DNA of 64,000 nucleotides from Candidatus Latescibacterota bacterium (GTDB lineage: Bacteria; Latescibacterota; UBA2968). The position numbers and the translations under genes were made by a program. Shown in pieces: positions 8,301 through 16,482 of the stretch. Each line of letters starts with the position of its first letter. Position 1 is the first letter of the stretch. The DNA is taken from NCBI GenBank assembly GCA_965207885.1, contig OZ242311.1, positions 2,048,001 through 2,112,000 of the forward strand, read 5' to 3'. The notes beneath the pieces were generated by a model. It had not been told where the DNA came from and ran no database searches. It worked only from the letters and a program-made list of their open reading frames with translations.

Positions 8301-8359
8301 TGATGGTGCAACAGGGTTTGTACTATCACATGTGTAGTCAACAGTTGCAAGTAGTATGA
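5345..8359 (+). CDS. peptidase-containing ABC exporter (2x cNMP-binding + C39 peptidase + TMD + NBD)
   Basis: FGEGALLTREGHRATVRA (cNMP); QHDQSDCGAACL, HWEGNHFVV, IADP (C39 triad); GRSGAGKT, LSGGQRQR, IFDEAT, IAHRL. Confidence 0.93.
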   Translation: MNLSHFFTKNSVRSQSVHFPFGGVVFQQGQAGEAFYIVQSGRLRVIKQDENGNSTTVGYLYAGDHFGEGALLTREGHRATVRAVEDAEVLQVPKDEFFKAVRKNSDVRAYLEEQVASIAYRDFTRFLKGDVPSQAMRVLFARLKREAVEEGVTVVERGQLGQRFYLIGSGQLEAVSEDGDTVILSAGDYFGDDRDDKTVIRSRCHSVLFCIDKSNFNKLKAMIPEFDEALEKGRISRGDQGANGALFRNARQVPEPPVDRSDEKLASNTASNVVNIRIDGAKPYVPTWFRFPFLKQHDQSDCGAACLGMICKYYKMPIGLNRLRDMSNVSRYGTSMAALAEAAETIGFVTRGVRTGYEALMRTELPAILHWEGNHFVVLYQIDKKEVKIADPGVGIRKLSRAEFEKGWTNRALLLEYTDQVAENEPSQSSFKRFFPLVRPYTGILIEVLLASLVLSLFGLASPIFMQTIVDQVLVHHDKDLLNLMLVGMVVVALFQMGTSTLRVYLIGYVSARLSIAMLSRFYRHLLSLSMQFFALRRTGDLTTRFRENTTIRRLLTGTTVSAVLDFIMLFVYLGLMFYYNAELTLVMLIFVPISVGLTLIYTPILKSFSQRAFLARAEQSSVLIDSLQGIDAVKAAAVERATRWHWEGKFTKEIQIGFQRLKMQMLFGGIGSVINLLSSTVILWYGASLVIAGNLSVGQLMAFNALIGNVMGPIMGLIGIWPQVQEARIALDRLNDVYDTQMEDARQQGQGLILKHLVGRVVFEGVFFRYGVGSDEPYVLNNIDLTLEPGQKVAVVGRSGAGKTTLVKLVPRLFDPSEGRVTLDGMDVRDLDPHWLRRQVGMVMQEPFLFSGTIAENIAIGQTDADMDRILEVAKLSCVHDFVSDMPLGYETKVGEQGVGLSGGQRQRIAIARALYCDPKILIFDEATNALDTDSEQAIQANLDLFLDDRTALIIAHRLSTVRDADAIVVLDKGHIVEMGTHDELMVQQGLYYHMCSQQLQVV

Positions 8360-8409
8360 GGGGCTGGGTGGGTGGGCTGATCGCTTGGGGACTGGTGAGC
8401 GGGTGGTCG

Positions 8410-8437
8410 TCTCACGTTTTACTTCTTACGTCTTACC
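8410..8437. repeat. heptamer tandem repeat
   Basis: TCTCACG TTTTACT TCTTACG TCTTACC; same family as 21381-21412 on the opposite strand. Confidence 0.5.
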
Positions 8438-8457
8438 GCTTTTAAGGAGTCTGCATC

Positions 8458-9840
8458 ATGGCAGAACCGCTTTTGGAGACATCGACCGAGACAATGTCTC
8501 CAAAAATTATCCAGGAGCAAGATGACGCGGCAGAAGAGGTGCATGCATTTATGGGGTCTTTGCGGCCCTTTTGGGGACGCGCATTGCTCTATATTGTCTT
8601 GCTGTTTGTAGGTATTGCCATTATCTGGGCGTGGTGGAGTAAGGTAGATGTGGTAGCATCAGCCCCTTTTCGGTTGGTGCCTTTGGGACAGGTGAAGACG
8701 ATGCAGGCGCAGCGAGGTGGTGAGATTGAGTTGATTGGTGTTAAGGAAGGAGATCATGTCGAGAAAGGGGAGGTATTGTTCAAGCTCAAATCGTGGGAGA
8801 CCTGGGGAGATTTGCGGGAATGGGAACAGGCAAAGATGGCTTTTCAAAAGGCAGAGTACGATTTCAAGACGGTGTTGCCTCAAAGGGCGAGGTTGAATCG
8901 AGAGACGATAGGGGCATTGGAACAACGTCTTTCCGTTTTGCAGCGGTTTATGGAGGCACATCAGAATGCGCTGGAAGATTATCAAAGTGATATGGGCGGT
9001 GTTGAGGGATCGAAAACCAAAACATCTGATGCGGGGTTGCAAGCGCAGATCGGGTTTCGTCAGGCTGAAATTGACCTTATGAAAGGGGAGTTTTTACAGC
9101 AAAAGACGCTGTTTGAGCGCGAATTGATCAGCCGGGCAGATATGAATCGCGCGCGCGTGCAGTATTTGAGTGCTCTATCCGCGCTTCCATCGCGCATGTC
9201 GGAGATATACAAGAATGAAATGGCTGTGGCTGATCTCAAGCGTCAAATCACAGAAGCGCGTATTGCACACGAGCGCGAGGCATCGCAGATGCGACATGCT
9301 TATGAGACTGCACACTTGCGATTGGAACAGGCGCGCAAACGCATTGATCGCACCCTCGAAGCCGAGTCGGATTTGATTCTGGCTTCTGTATCGGGCATTG
9401 TAACACAGGTGATGGTGAATGCAGTTGGACAGGTGATCAGTAAGGGGCAACCTTTGGTTGCACTGGCACCGGCCTCAGCGCCGATGGTTGCAGAAGTGAT
9501 GGTGTTGAATAAAGATGTGGGCTTGCTCAAACCCGGTCAGTTGGTCAAGCTGAAATACGATGCGTATGCCTTTCAGGATTTTGGTATCAAACGCGGATGG
9601 CTTACATCCATCTCGCCCGATGCGGTGATTGATGAACGTATTGGACCGATATTTAAGTGTGTTGTCGAACTGGAAGAAAATACGATGCGCGTGAAAGGAT
9701 ATGACAAGCCTCTGATGTTTGGTATGAAGGGCACGGCTGAGATGATGACAGATCGGCAATCGGTTTTGCTGATGTTGCTTTCTCCCTTGCGACAACTTTA
9801 CGAGTCGGCGAAGTACGATGTGCAGGAGGGTGCGTTGTGA
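8458..9840 (+). CDS. HlyD-family type I secretion membrane fusion protein
   Basis: N-terminal TM, VKEGDHVEKGEVLF, long coiled coil, NKDVGLLKPGQLVKLKYDAY, ISPDA, GMKGTAE. Confidence 0.92.
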   Translation: MAEPLLETSTETMSPKIIQEQDDAAEEVHAFMGSLRPFWGRALLYIVLLFVGIAIIWAWWSKVDVVASAPFRLVPLGQVKTMQAQRGGEIELIGVKEGDHVEKGEVLFKLKSWETWGDLREWEQAKMAFQKAEYDFKTVLPQRARLNRETIGALEQRLSVLQRFMEAHQNALEDYQSDMGGVEGSKTKTSDAGLQAQIGFRQAEIDLMKGEFLQQKTLFERELISRADMNRARVQYLSALSALPSRMSEIYKNEMAVADLKRQITEARIAHEREASQMRHAYETAHLRLEQARKRIDRTLEAESDLILASVSGIVTQVMVNAVGQVISKGQPLVALAPASAPMVAEVMVLNKDVGLLKPGQLVKLKYDAYAFQDFGIKRGWLTSISPDAVIDERIGPIFKCVVELEENTMRVKGYDKPLMFGMKGTAEMMTDRQSVLLMLLSPLRQLYESAKYDVQEGAL

Positions 9841-10610
9841 TGTCAGAAGTACTAATTCAGGTCAATGGTGCCGAGGTGTTATTAAGCGATATCGTACGGC
9901 AATTAGGTGTTGCTGATAATCTGCGTTTTTTTAATGAATTTGCGCGCAGGGAATTGATACGGCAACTCGCCCGGCGCGAGGGTGTTTGTGCAGCGCGTGA
10001 AGATATTCAGCGCAAGGTAGATGAATGGCGGTATCAACATCGCCTGGAACGGGTGGAAAATACAGAGGCCTATCTCGCAAAGCGAGGTATTACGCTTCAG
10101 GATGTGGCAGAAGATGCCGAGGTGAGGCAACTGGAGTATTTGCTGTCTGAGAAGATTGCCAAAGGACAGATCGAATCCTATTTCGCTCAACGCACACTGG
10201 CTTTTGATGAGGCGGAGCTTTGCTGGATTTTTCACACGGATAAGGGTGTGATTGACGAGGTTGATTTGCAGATTCGAGACGATGGAGCAGATTTTTACGC
10301 GATGGCGCGTCGGTTTTCTCAAGATGCACGCACGCGATCAGGTAGTGGCTTTTTAGGTCGTGTTCGGCGCAAGCAGTTGCCAAAGGGGATTGCTGCACGC
10401 GTGTTTGCTGCTTCACCGGGTGAAATTTTGGGACCGGAAAAAGTATCGAAAGGCTTTGCGCTGTACCTGGTGCAAGAACGCTACCCGGCAACACTAAATG
10501 AGCGGACAAAAAAGGAGATCCGCAAGCACCTGTTTAATCAGTGGTTGCAACGCGAAGTGCAGCGGGCAGATATACGGTATCCGATTTGGCAGACGGAAAT
10601 TAAAAAATAG
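9837..10610 (+). CDS. parvulin/PpiC (SurA-like) rotamase-domain protein, cytoplasmic
   Basis: DFYAMARRFSQD..GSGFLG..LP..VF..PGEILGP..GF; no signal peptide; GTGA overlap with hlyD. Confidence 0.8.
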   Translation: MMSEVLIQVNGAEVLLSDIVRQLGVADNLRFFNEFARRELIRQLARREGVCAAREDIQRKVDEWRYQHRLERVENTEAYLAKRGITLQDVAEDAEVRQLEYLLSEKIAKGQIESYFAQRTLAFDEAELCWIFHTDKGVIDEVDLQIRDDGADFYAMARRFSQDARTRSGSGFLGRVRRKQLPKGIAARVFAASPGEILGPEKVSKGFALYLVQERYPATLNERTKKEIRKHLFNQWLQREVQRADIRYPIWQTEIKK

Positions 10611-10651
10611 GTTCTTGTAAAAAGATAAAAAGTCAAAAGGACAGGTCCGCA

Positions 10652-11503
10652 CTAAGGCATCACAGCTTCTTTCCCCTGGTATTCTCGGATCCAGCCTTTT
10701 AATGGCACATCTTCTTCTGTTGGGGATGTGTAGCCGTGAATGCCAGAAGGGGAATGCCGGCACATTTGCTTTCGGATTGGGCTTAGTTCATCCCAGAAAT
10801 TTTCCACGTTGCATTCGCCGCGTGCCTGCAGCCAGCGATAAGCGTATCCGTAGAAGAGCACCTTGCGGGGTTGTGTCCAGTAATTTGCACTCGCCGAATG
10901 CCACAACCGGCGATCAAAAATAACGGCAGTACCCCGGGGTACAAGGATGGGTACGGCGCCTTTTACCATCTGATTGCGATTTCCGTTCGGCCAAGTCATC
11001 TTATTTTTTACCTGGCTTCCCGGTATGACGTGAAAATTGCCGCGTCCCGGTTCGCTTGTATCCGAGAGAAAGTAGGCCACTTTGACCGATAAGCGCGGCC
11101 TTGGGTTTGTCTCCATCTCTTGATTCACGCGCCCGGTATCTTGATGCCAGCCGATTCCCAAACCGCGTTTGCTATCTGGTGGTTCGGGAGGTGTCACGTT
11201 CAGGTGTGCCAGATAGATTTGAATATTCCACCCTAAGATTCCCCAAACTTTTGGGAATGTGGTGTAGTGATCTATCAGGTCAATAAATGCACGGTCCCGC
11301 CCCAGAAAGTCGCGTTCGTGAACACGCTTATGTGGTTCGATTTTTTGCTTTTCGCGTTCTACGGCATTGACGCGGTCAACCGCTCTGGTCAATTGTCTTC
11401 TTTTTGCGTCGCTCAGCGCGTTTTCAATGATCAGATAACCCCGATCCTCAAATTCGAGCCGTTCGTCTTCGGTCAGGCAATGATTTAGCCAGCGTCTGTT
11501 CAT
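10652..11503 (-). CDS. phytanoyl-CoA dioxygenase (PhyH) family 2OG-Fe(II) oxygenase
   Basis: GYLIIENAL, WHQD, VIPGSQ, GTAVIFDRRLWH, RKVLFYGY. Confidence 0.88.
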   Translation of the reverse strand: MNRRWLNHCLTEDERLEFEDRGYLIIENALSDAKRRQLTRAVDRVNAVEREKQKIEPHKRVHERDFLGRDRAFIDLIDHYTTFPKVWGILGWNIQIYLAHLNVTPPEPPDSKRGLGIGWHQDTGRVNQEMETNPRPRLSVKVAYFLSDTSEPGRGNFHVIPGSQVKNKMTWPNGNRNQMVKGAVPILVPRGTAVIFDRRLWHSASANYWTQPRKVLFYGYAYRWLQARGECNVENFWDELSPIRKQMCRHSPSGIHGYTSPTEEDVPLKGWIREYQGKEAVMP

Positions 11504-11517
11504 GGCGTATCTCCTAT

Positions 11518-11985
11518 TTAAGAAAAGAGTTTGGCCTTCCTTTTTTTGCGATCCAGAATATAGAATTTGATAAGCCCTATCCCGCCGATCAGACCACAGG
11601 GGATTACAATGAAGCGGTACATTGAGACCTCGTCATATCGAAACGATGCACCGGTCGCGCCCATTGTCGCTATGACAAATGATATGTGAATGAGTTTTTG
11701 AGATAGGTTTTTATTGACAAAGGTAGAGATCAGAATCAACGCGAGCGCGGTGTGGAAAATGACAAATCCCGTATATCCGTTTCGCACGGCGAGGTCGAAT
11801 TGCCAGTCATAGCGATAAATCCACACCATGAGCACATGTACCAGAATGATGAGTGCAATAGCGCGCCACAGCGCGGTCGGATGTTGTCCCCGCAGGGTGA
11901 GTACGACCACTGTGGTTAAGCCCACATATCCTGTGATCGCCAATAAAAATGTGATGAATATTTCCGTTGTTCCCGTTCCTACCAT
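11518..11985 (-). CDS. hypothetical integral membrane protein (about 5 TM)
   Basis: Hydrophobic ORF; ATG at 11985 with GGGAGA RBS preferred over the longer ORF. Confidence 0.6.
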   Translation of the reverse strand: MVGTGTTEIFITFLLAITGYVGLTTVVVLTLRGQHPTALWRAIALIILVHVLMVWIYRYDWQFDLAVRNGYTGFVIFHTALALILISTFVNKNLSQKLIHISFVIATMGATGASFRYDEVSMYRFIVIPCGLIGGIGLIKFYILDRKKRKAKLFS

Positions 11986-12098
11986 CAAACGATTCTCCCA
12001 GATCTTTGTCGCGTTTGATTTGCAATATATGGCATGATATTCTGAGAACAAGAGTGTTTCACGGGGCAGTGCATGTGTGCATTTGAAGGGCATCATGC

Positions 12099-12132
12099 AA
12101 AACGGGTTACGACATATTGTCATAACCCGTTG
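12099..12132 (-). terminator. intrinsic terminator after tRNA-Thr
   Basis: AACGGGTTATGAC-AATAT-GTCGTAACCCGTT hairpin followed by TT on the minus strand. Confidence 0.6.
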
Positions 12133-12139
12133 TTTTTTT

Positions 12140-12215
12140 TGGAGCCGCCCAGCGGACTCGAACCGCTGACCGCCTGATTACAAATCAGGTGCTCTACCAG
12201 CTGAGCTAGGGCGGC
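12140..12215 (-). tRNA. tRNA-Thr (anticodon UGU), CCA encoded
   Basis: GCCGCCCTAGCTCAGCTGGTAGAGCACCTGATTTGTAATCAGGCGGTCAGCGGTTCGAGTCCGCTGGGCGGCTCCA: cloverleaf, TTCGA T-loop, TGT anticodon. Confidence 0.97.
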
Positions 12216-12293
12216 TGGGCCGTCAAAGATATACAAGTGAGTGTTTTTTTGCAACCTCAAACCCGTTATGGGAGGGACTCGGGGGGCTAATAG

Positions 12294-13376
12294 CTAAAAA
12301 AACGAGGTCTTGTGTTTTTGCTCGCGTTCGTAGCGTTCGATGCCCAGTTGAATGAGGCGATCAATCAATTCCGGATAAGAAATGCCACTGGCTTCCCACA
12401 GCTTGGGATACATACTGATCCGCGTAAAGCCGGGAATGGTATTGATTTCATTTACAACAAAGGTGCCGTCATTTTTGAGAAAGAAATCCGCGCGTGCCAT
12501 ACCCTCACAGCACAGGACTTGAAATGTGCGAATGGCAAGGGTCTGCACCCGTTTTACAGCTTCTTCGGATAAATCAGCGGGGATGTGCAAGATCGCGCCT
12601 TTTTCATCCAGATATTTTGCTTCGTAAGAATAAAACTCGTGCTGTGGCAAGATTTCGCCGGGGATTGAAACAATGGGTGTTTCGTTGCCCAATACCGAAC
12701 ATTCGATTTCTCGCCCCTCGACAAAAGCCTCGATCAGGACTTTTTTGTCGTAGCGGAATGCTTCTTTCAGCGCGGGGATTAGCGCGCTTTTGTGGTGTAC
12801 CTTACTCACGCCGACCGATGAACCCAAATTTGCTGGCTTTACAAATAGGGGCAATCCCAGTTCTGAAATCACATCATCTACATCCAGATTGTCCAACTGG
12901 AATTGATGTACTGTTCGCCACGCGGCAACGGGAATATTTGCATCGCGCAATAAGCGTTTCATCACGTCTTTGTCCATTCCCACAGCCGAGCCGAGTACAT
13001 CGGCACCTACATAGGGGACATCGGCCAATCTCAAAAATCCCTGTACTGTACCGTCTTCTCCCAGCGGACCGTGCAAGACGGGAAAGACCACATCGACCGA
13101 GTCGGACGCAGACTGCCCCACGAGTTCACCGCGCCCCTCTGGCATCAACGTAATCAGTGCGTTTTGATCTGCGTCAGAGAGTCCCTCCGTATTGGCTTCG
13201 GGCAATAGTTGTTCGGCTTCGTTTAAGAACCATTGGCCCGATTTGTCGATTCCTATTGGGACGACTTCGTATTTGGTCTTGTCAATCGCGTCAATGATGT
13301 TGCGCGCAGATTGTAGTGATACTTCGTGCTCTGCTGATTTTCCACCAAATAGTATTCCCACGCGGGTCTTTTTCAT
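12294..13376 (-). CDS. ddl: D-alanine--D-alanine ligase
   Basis: GGKSAEHEVSL, FPVLHGPLGEDGTVQG, KPANLGSSVG, NEINTIPGFT; ATGA overlap with dedA. Confidence 0.97.
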   Translation of the reverse strand: MKKTRVGILFGGKSAEHEVSLQSARNIIDAIDKTKYEVVPIGIDKSGQWFLNEAEQLLPEANTEGLSDADQNALITLMPEGRGELVGQSASDSVDVVFPVLHGPLGEDGTVQGFLRLADVPYVGADVLGSAVGMDKDVMKRLLRDANIPVAAWRTVHQFQLDNLDVDDVISELGLPLFVKPANLGSSVGVSKVHHKSALIPALKEAFRYDKKVLIEAFVEGREIECSVLGNETPIVSIPGEILPQHEFYSYEAKYLDEKGAILHIPADLSEEAVKRVQTLAIRTFQVLCCEGMARADFFLKNDGTFVVNEINTIPGFTRISMYPKLWEASGISYPELIDRLIQLGIERYEREQKHKTSFF

Positions 13377-14032
13377 TTTTCTCTCTGCTTTTTTTTTCGT
13401 CGCCACCACCAGAATCCGAGTATGCCCACAACCATTAAAATTGCCAGTATGCGATTATAAGTTTTCAGTACAGCGACTACGATTTGCCAGTTTTCGCCGA
13501 CCGTAAAGCCAAAGTAGATCAGCAGACTATTCCACAATAATGTGCCAAATAACACGTAAAGCGTCATGCGCAGGGGGTGCATCTGGCTGATGCCAGCCAC
13601 AATACCGACAAATATCCGCACAGCGGGCAAAAAGCGGTTGAAAATGACGATTTTGTCGCCATAGCGATTGAACCATGTTTCGGTGCGGTGCAGGTTTTCT
13701 TCATTTAAGAACTTTATATTGAGCCGTAAGAAGAACGATCGCCCTTTTACAAATGCGATGGCGTAAAGGAGCAAACAGCCCACTGCGCTGCCTATCCACA
13801 TTGCAAAATACGCAGGCCAGACAGCGATTATCCCAATGCCGGCCAAATATGCGCCGAATACAATCAGGGTATCACCGGGAATGATAGGTACTATGTTCTC
13901 TAAAAAAGCACCCAGAAACAAAAAAAAGTAAATCCACTCTGGTGGTTGGTCTCTCAAATAGGCGAGAAAAGAATTCCAGAGTTCAGTAAAGTAAGGAAAA
14001 AACGAATTCCAGAGTTCAGTAAAGTACTCCAA
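13373..14032 (-). CDS. DedA family membrane protein
   Basis: LENIVPIIPGDT, FNRFLPAVR, GENWQ; TTG start at 14032 with AAGGA RBS. Confidence 0.88.
   Translation of the reverse strand: MEYFTELWNSFFPYFTELWNSFLAYLRDQPPEWIYFFLFLGAFLENIVPIIPGDTLIVFGAYLAGIGIIAVWPAYFAMWIGSAVGCLLLYAIAFVKGRSFFLRLNIKFLNEENLHRTETWFNRYGDKIVIFNRFLPAVRIFVGIVAGISQMHPLRMTLYVLFGTLLWNSLLIYFGFTVGENWQIVVAVLKTYNRILAILMVVGILGFWWWRRKKKQREK
13971..14026. repeat. 23-bp exact direct repeat (33-bp period) at the DedA N-terminus
   Basis: GAATTCCAGAGTTCAGTAAAGTA at 13971 and 14004; protein YFTELWNSF x2. Confidence 0.9.
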
Positions 14033-14093
14033 TTTGTATCCTTTGGATGTGACACAGGAGGCGATTACATTTTTGAATAAACTGCACAATAAG

Positions 14094-15260
14094 TCAATAA
14101 CTTTTTATTAACGCTACCGCCTGTGCTGCTATGCCTTCTTCGCGTCCGATAAAACCCATGTATTCGGTTGTGGTTGCTTTTACCGATATGAGGTCAACCG
14201 ACACTTCCAATGCGCGTGCTATGTTTTCGCGCATTTGTTCAATATACGGCGATAGTTTTGGGCGTTGCGCCATCACGGTTGCATCCACATTGAGCACCTG
14301 CGCGTGTGATTCTTTCAGGATGTGAGTCACGTGCGCCAGCAATGTGAGACTCGATATATCTTTGTACGCGGCGTCTGTATCGGGAAAGAGTTGACCAATG
14401 TCGCCGGCACCCAGTGCGCCCAACAGGGCATCGATGACGACATGGGTCAATACATCTGCATCTGAGTGACCCTGTAGCCCTTTTTCGTGGGGAATGTGTA
14501 CGCCACCCAAAATTAGCGCACGGTCCTCCGCGAGTTGATGCGCGTCATAGCCCTGACCAATTCGCAATGTCGGTGTCACTTCGCCTCGTTGTGCTAAAAT
14601 GTGCAAACCCATGTCGAGGTCTTCTATCGATGTAATTTTGATATTGTCCGCTCGCCCGGGCACAATGGTTACTGCTTCGCCCAAACGCTCTACCAGAGCC
14701 GTATCATCTGTGCCCAGATATCCCGATTCGCGCGCGGCACGATGGGCGCGGAAGATCACGTCGCGGCGAAATGCCTGGGGTGTTTGCACGGCTCGCAATG
14801 TCGATCTGTCCAGAGTTTTTGCGACTTGATCGCCCTGCACGCGTTTTATTGTATCTGTTACTGGTGTACCCAAAACAGCGGCGCCGTGTTCAGTTGCTGC
14901 CAGGACTACGGCATTGATCTCTTCGGGTGTTACATAAGCTCGCGCGCCATCGTGGATAGCAACTACGTCGGCATCTTGCGGGATCGCGTGTAGGCCGCAG
15001 GCCACAGAATCCTGTCGTTCTGCACCGCCAGCGATCACTTCGACGACTTTGGAAAATTTTTTCTTTCCGAATTGTTCTCGACAAGTATCGATGTCCTCAC
15101 GCCCCACGACCAACACAACGCGGTCAATGCGGTCTGCGCGTTCAAATGCGGTCAATGTCCAGGCCAATACGGGACGTCCGGCAAGGTCGAGAAATTGCTT
15201 GGGAATATGCGTGCCCATTCGTTTTCCCGATCCAGCAGCGAGAATGATGGCGTAGTTCAT
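14094..15260 (-). CDS. ispDF: bifunctional MEP cytidylyltransferase / MEcPP synthase
   Basis: LAAGSGKRMG, ERQDSV, HDGAR, QTPQAF, TDD; GQGYDAH, GHSDADV, KATTTE. Confidence 0.96.
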   Translation of the reverse strand: MNYAIILAAGSGKRMGTHIPKQFLDLAGRPVLAWTLTAFERADRIDRVVLVVGREDIDTCREQFGKKKFSKVVEVIAGGAERQDSVACGLHAIPQDADVVAIHDGARAYVTPEEINAVVLAATEHGAAVLGTPVTDTIKRVQGDQVAKTLDRSTLRAVQTPQAFRRDVIFRAHRAARESGYLGTDDTALVERLGEAVTIVPGRADNIKITSIEDLDMGLHILAQRGEVTPTLRIGQGYDAHQLAEDRALILGGVHIPHEKGLQGHSDADVLTHVVIDALLGALGAGDIGQLFPDTDAAYKDISSLTLLAHVTHILKESHAQVLNVDATVMAQRPKLSPYIEQMRENIARALEVSVDLISVKATTTEYMGFIGREEGIAAQAVALIKSY

Positions 15261-15283
15261 GATAAGCTTTCAGATTTTTGCGC

Positions 15284-16465
15284 TCATATGTTATACTGGT
15301 CCTGTTCCCGTTTGGCCCAGTCGGCGTTGACAAACATGTTCAGGCCGGGATCGGCGTATATGCCGTCTATTTTGTCGCCGTCGTGCTGTCGCAAGAAGTC
15401 GATGTCGATCTCTACGCCCCAGCCCGGGCCACCGGGCAATTCGAAATGACCATCTACGACTTCGGGGTACGGCGTTCCCGCGCGTTTGACGTGCTCATCT
15501 GCAAAATCATTAAAATGTTCGAGTACTTTGCCATTGCGGAGAGTTGCCATCAGGTGAAGGGTCGCAACGGTGGTGATAATTCCGCCGACATTGTGTGGCG
15601 CAACCATCACGTTATAGGTTTCAGCCGTGGAGGCGATTTTCTTGGTTTCCAGCAGGCCGCCACACTGGTTCAGATCCGGCTGGATGATATCCACGACCCG
15701 CATGGGAAATAGGTCTCTAAATTCCGCGGCTTTGTAAAGCCGTTCTCCGGTCGCAATTGGGATGGATGTATGTTGCGCTACTTTGGTCAATGCGCCCAGG
15801 TCTTCCGGACGCGTCGGTTCTTCAATCCATCCCGGACGCAGGTGTTCAATTGCTTTGGCGATTTCGATGGCTTGATGGGACGCGAACCGACCGTGCATTT
15901 CCACAAATATCTGTACGCGGTCACCCACGACGGAATGCACGGCTTCGATCAATTCAACGGATTTGAAAAATTCGTCGCGCGTCAGTTCCAGGTTGCCATT
16001 ACCAAATGGATCAAATTTTAGACCGATATATCCGCGGTCGATCACTTTTTGAGCTGCTTTGGCAAATTCTTCTGGCGAACGCTCCACTGTGTACCAGCCA
16101 TTTGCATAAGCGGGTACGCGTTCAATGGTTTTGCCGCCGATGAGATTGTACACGGGCTGATTGGTCAATTTGCCAATGCAATCCCAGCACGCCATCTCTA
16201 CGAGTGCCAGCCCCGTCATCACAACTTCACCTGGCACACCAAAGTCGTGGAGTGTGAATCGGCAATATAGGTCCTCTATATCGTACACACTGTGCCCGAT
16301 AAAATGTCGTCTGGTATCTTTCAGAAACTCCAGCACGGTATGTGTTTTGCTCAGGACGCGCGCTTCCCCAACCCCGCGCGTGCCGTCTTCCAATTCGATA
16401 AATACATACGTCAAATTGCGCCAGGGCGTTCCCAGCACATAAGTTTCGTAATTTTTGATTTTCAA
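15284..16465 (-). CDS. mandelate racemase/enolase-superfamily dehydratase (galactonate dehydratase-like)
   Basis: AYANGW, KFDPFG, EMHGR, WIEEP, ATGER, QPD, APHN; TTG start with AAGGAG RBS. Confidence 0.87.
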   Translation of the reverse strand: MKIKNYETYVLGTPWRNLTYVFIELEDGTRGVGEARVLSKTHTVLEFLKDTRRHFIGHSVYDIEDLYCRFTLHDFGVPGEVVMTGLALVEMACWDCIGKLTNQPVYNLIGGKTIERVPAYANGWYTVERSPEEFAKAAQKVIDRGYIGLKFDPFGNGNLELTRDEFFKSVELIEAVHSVVGDRVQIFVEMHGRFASHQAIEIAKAIEHLRPGWIEEPTRPEDLGALTKVAQHTSIPIATGERLYKAAEFRDLFPMRVVDIIQPDLNQCGGLLETKKIASTAETYNVMVAPHNVGGIITTVATLHLMATLRNGKVLEHFNDFADEHVKRAGTPYPEVVDGHFELPGGPGWGVEIDIDFLRQHDGDKIDGIYADPGLNMFVNADWAKREQDQYNI

Positions 16466-16482
16466 AGGGTACTCCTTTTTCG

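Noticed and set aside
10652-11503. PhyH dioxygenase as a tailoring enzyme of the peptide cluster
   Set aside because: It is on the opposite strand and convergent, and a second PhyH occurs at 17.6-18.3 kb, so the family looks generally expanded. There is no evidence of linkage, although it cannot be excluded.
11986-12123. Longer 201-aa version of the membrane protein
   Set aside because: The extension runs through the tRNA terminator region; ATG 11985 has a good RBS.
12494-13153. 219-aa + strand ORF
   Set aside because: Antisense shadow of ddl with no recognisable motifs.
13971-14026. CRISPR array (also considered for 4908-5006 and 45789-45887)
   Set aside because: Only 2-3 copies, in frame within coding sequence, without unique spacers of CRISPR length and with no cas genes.
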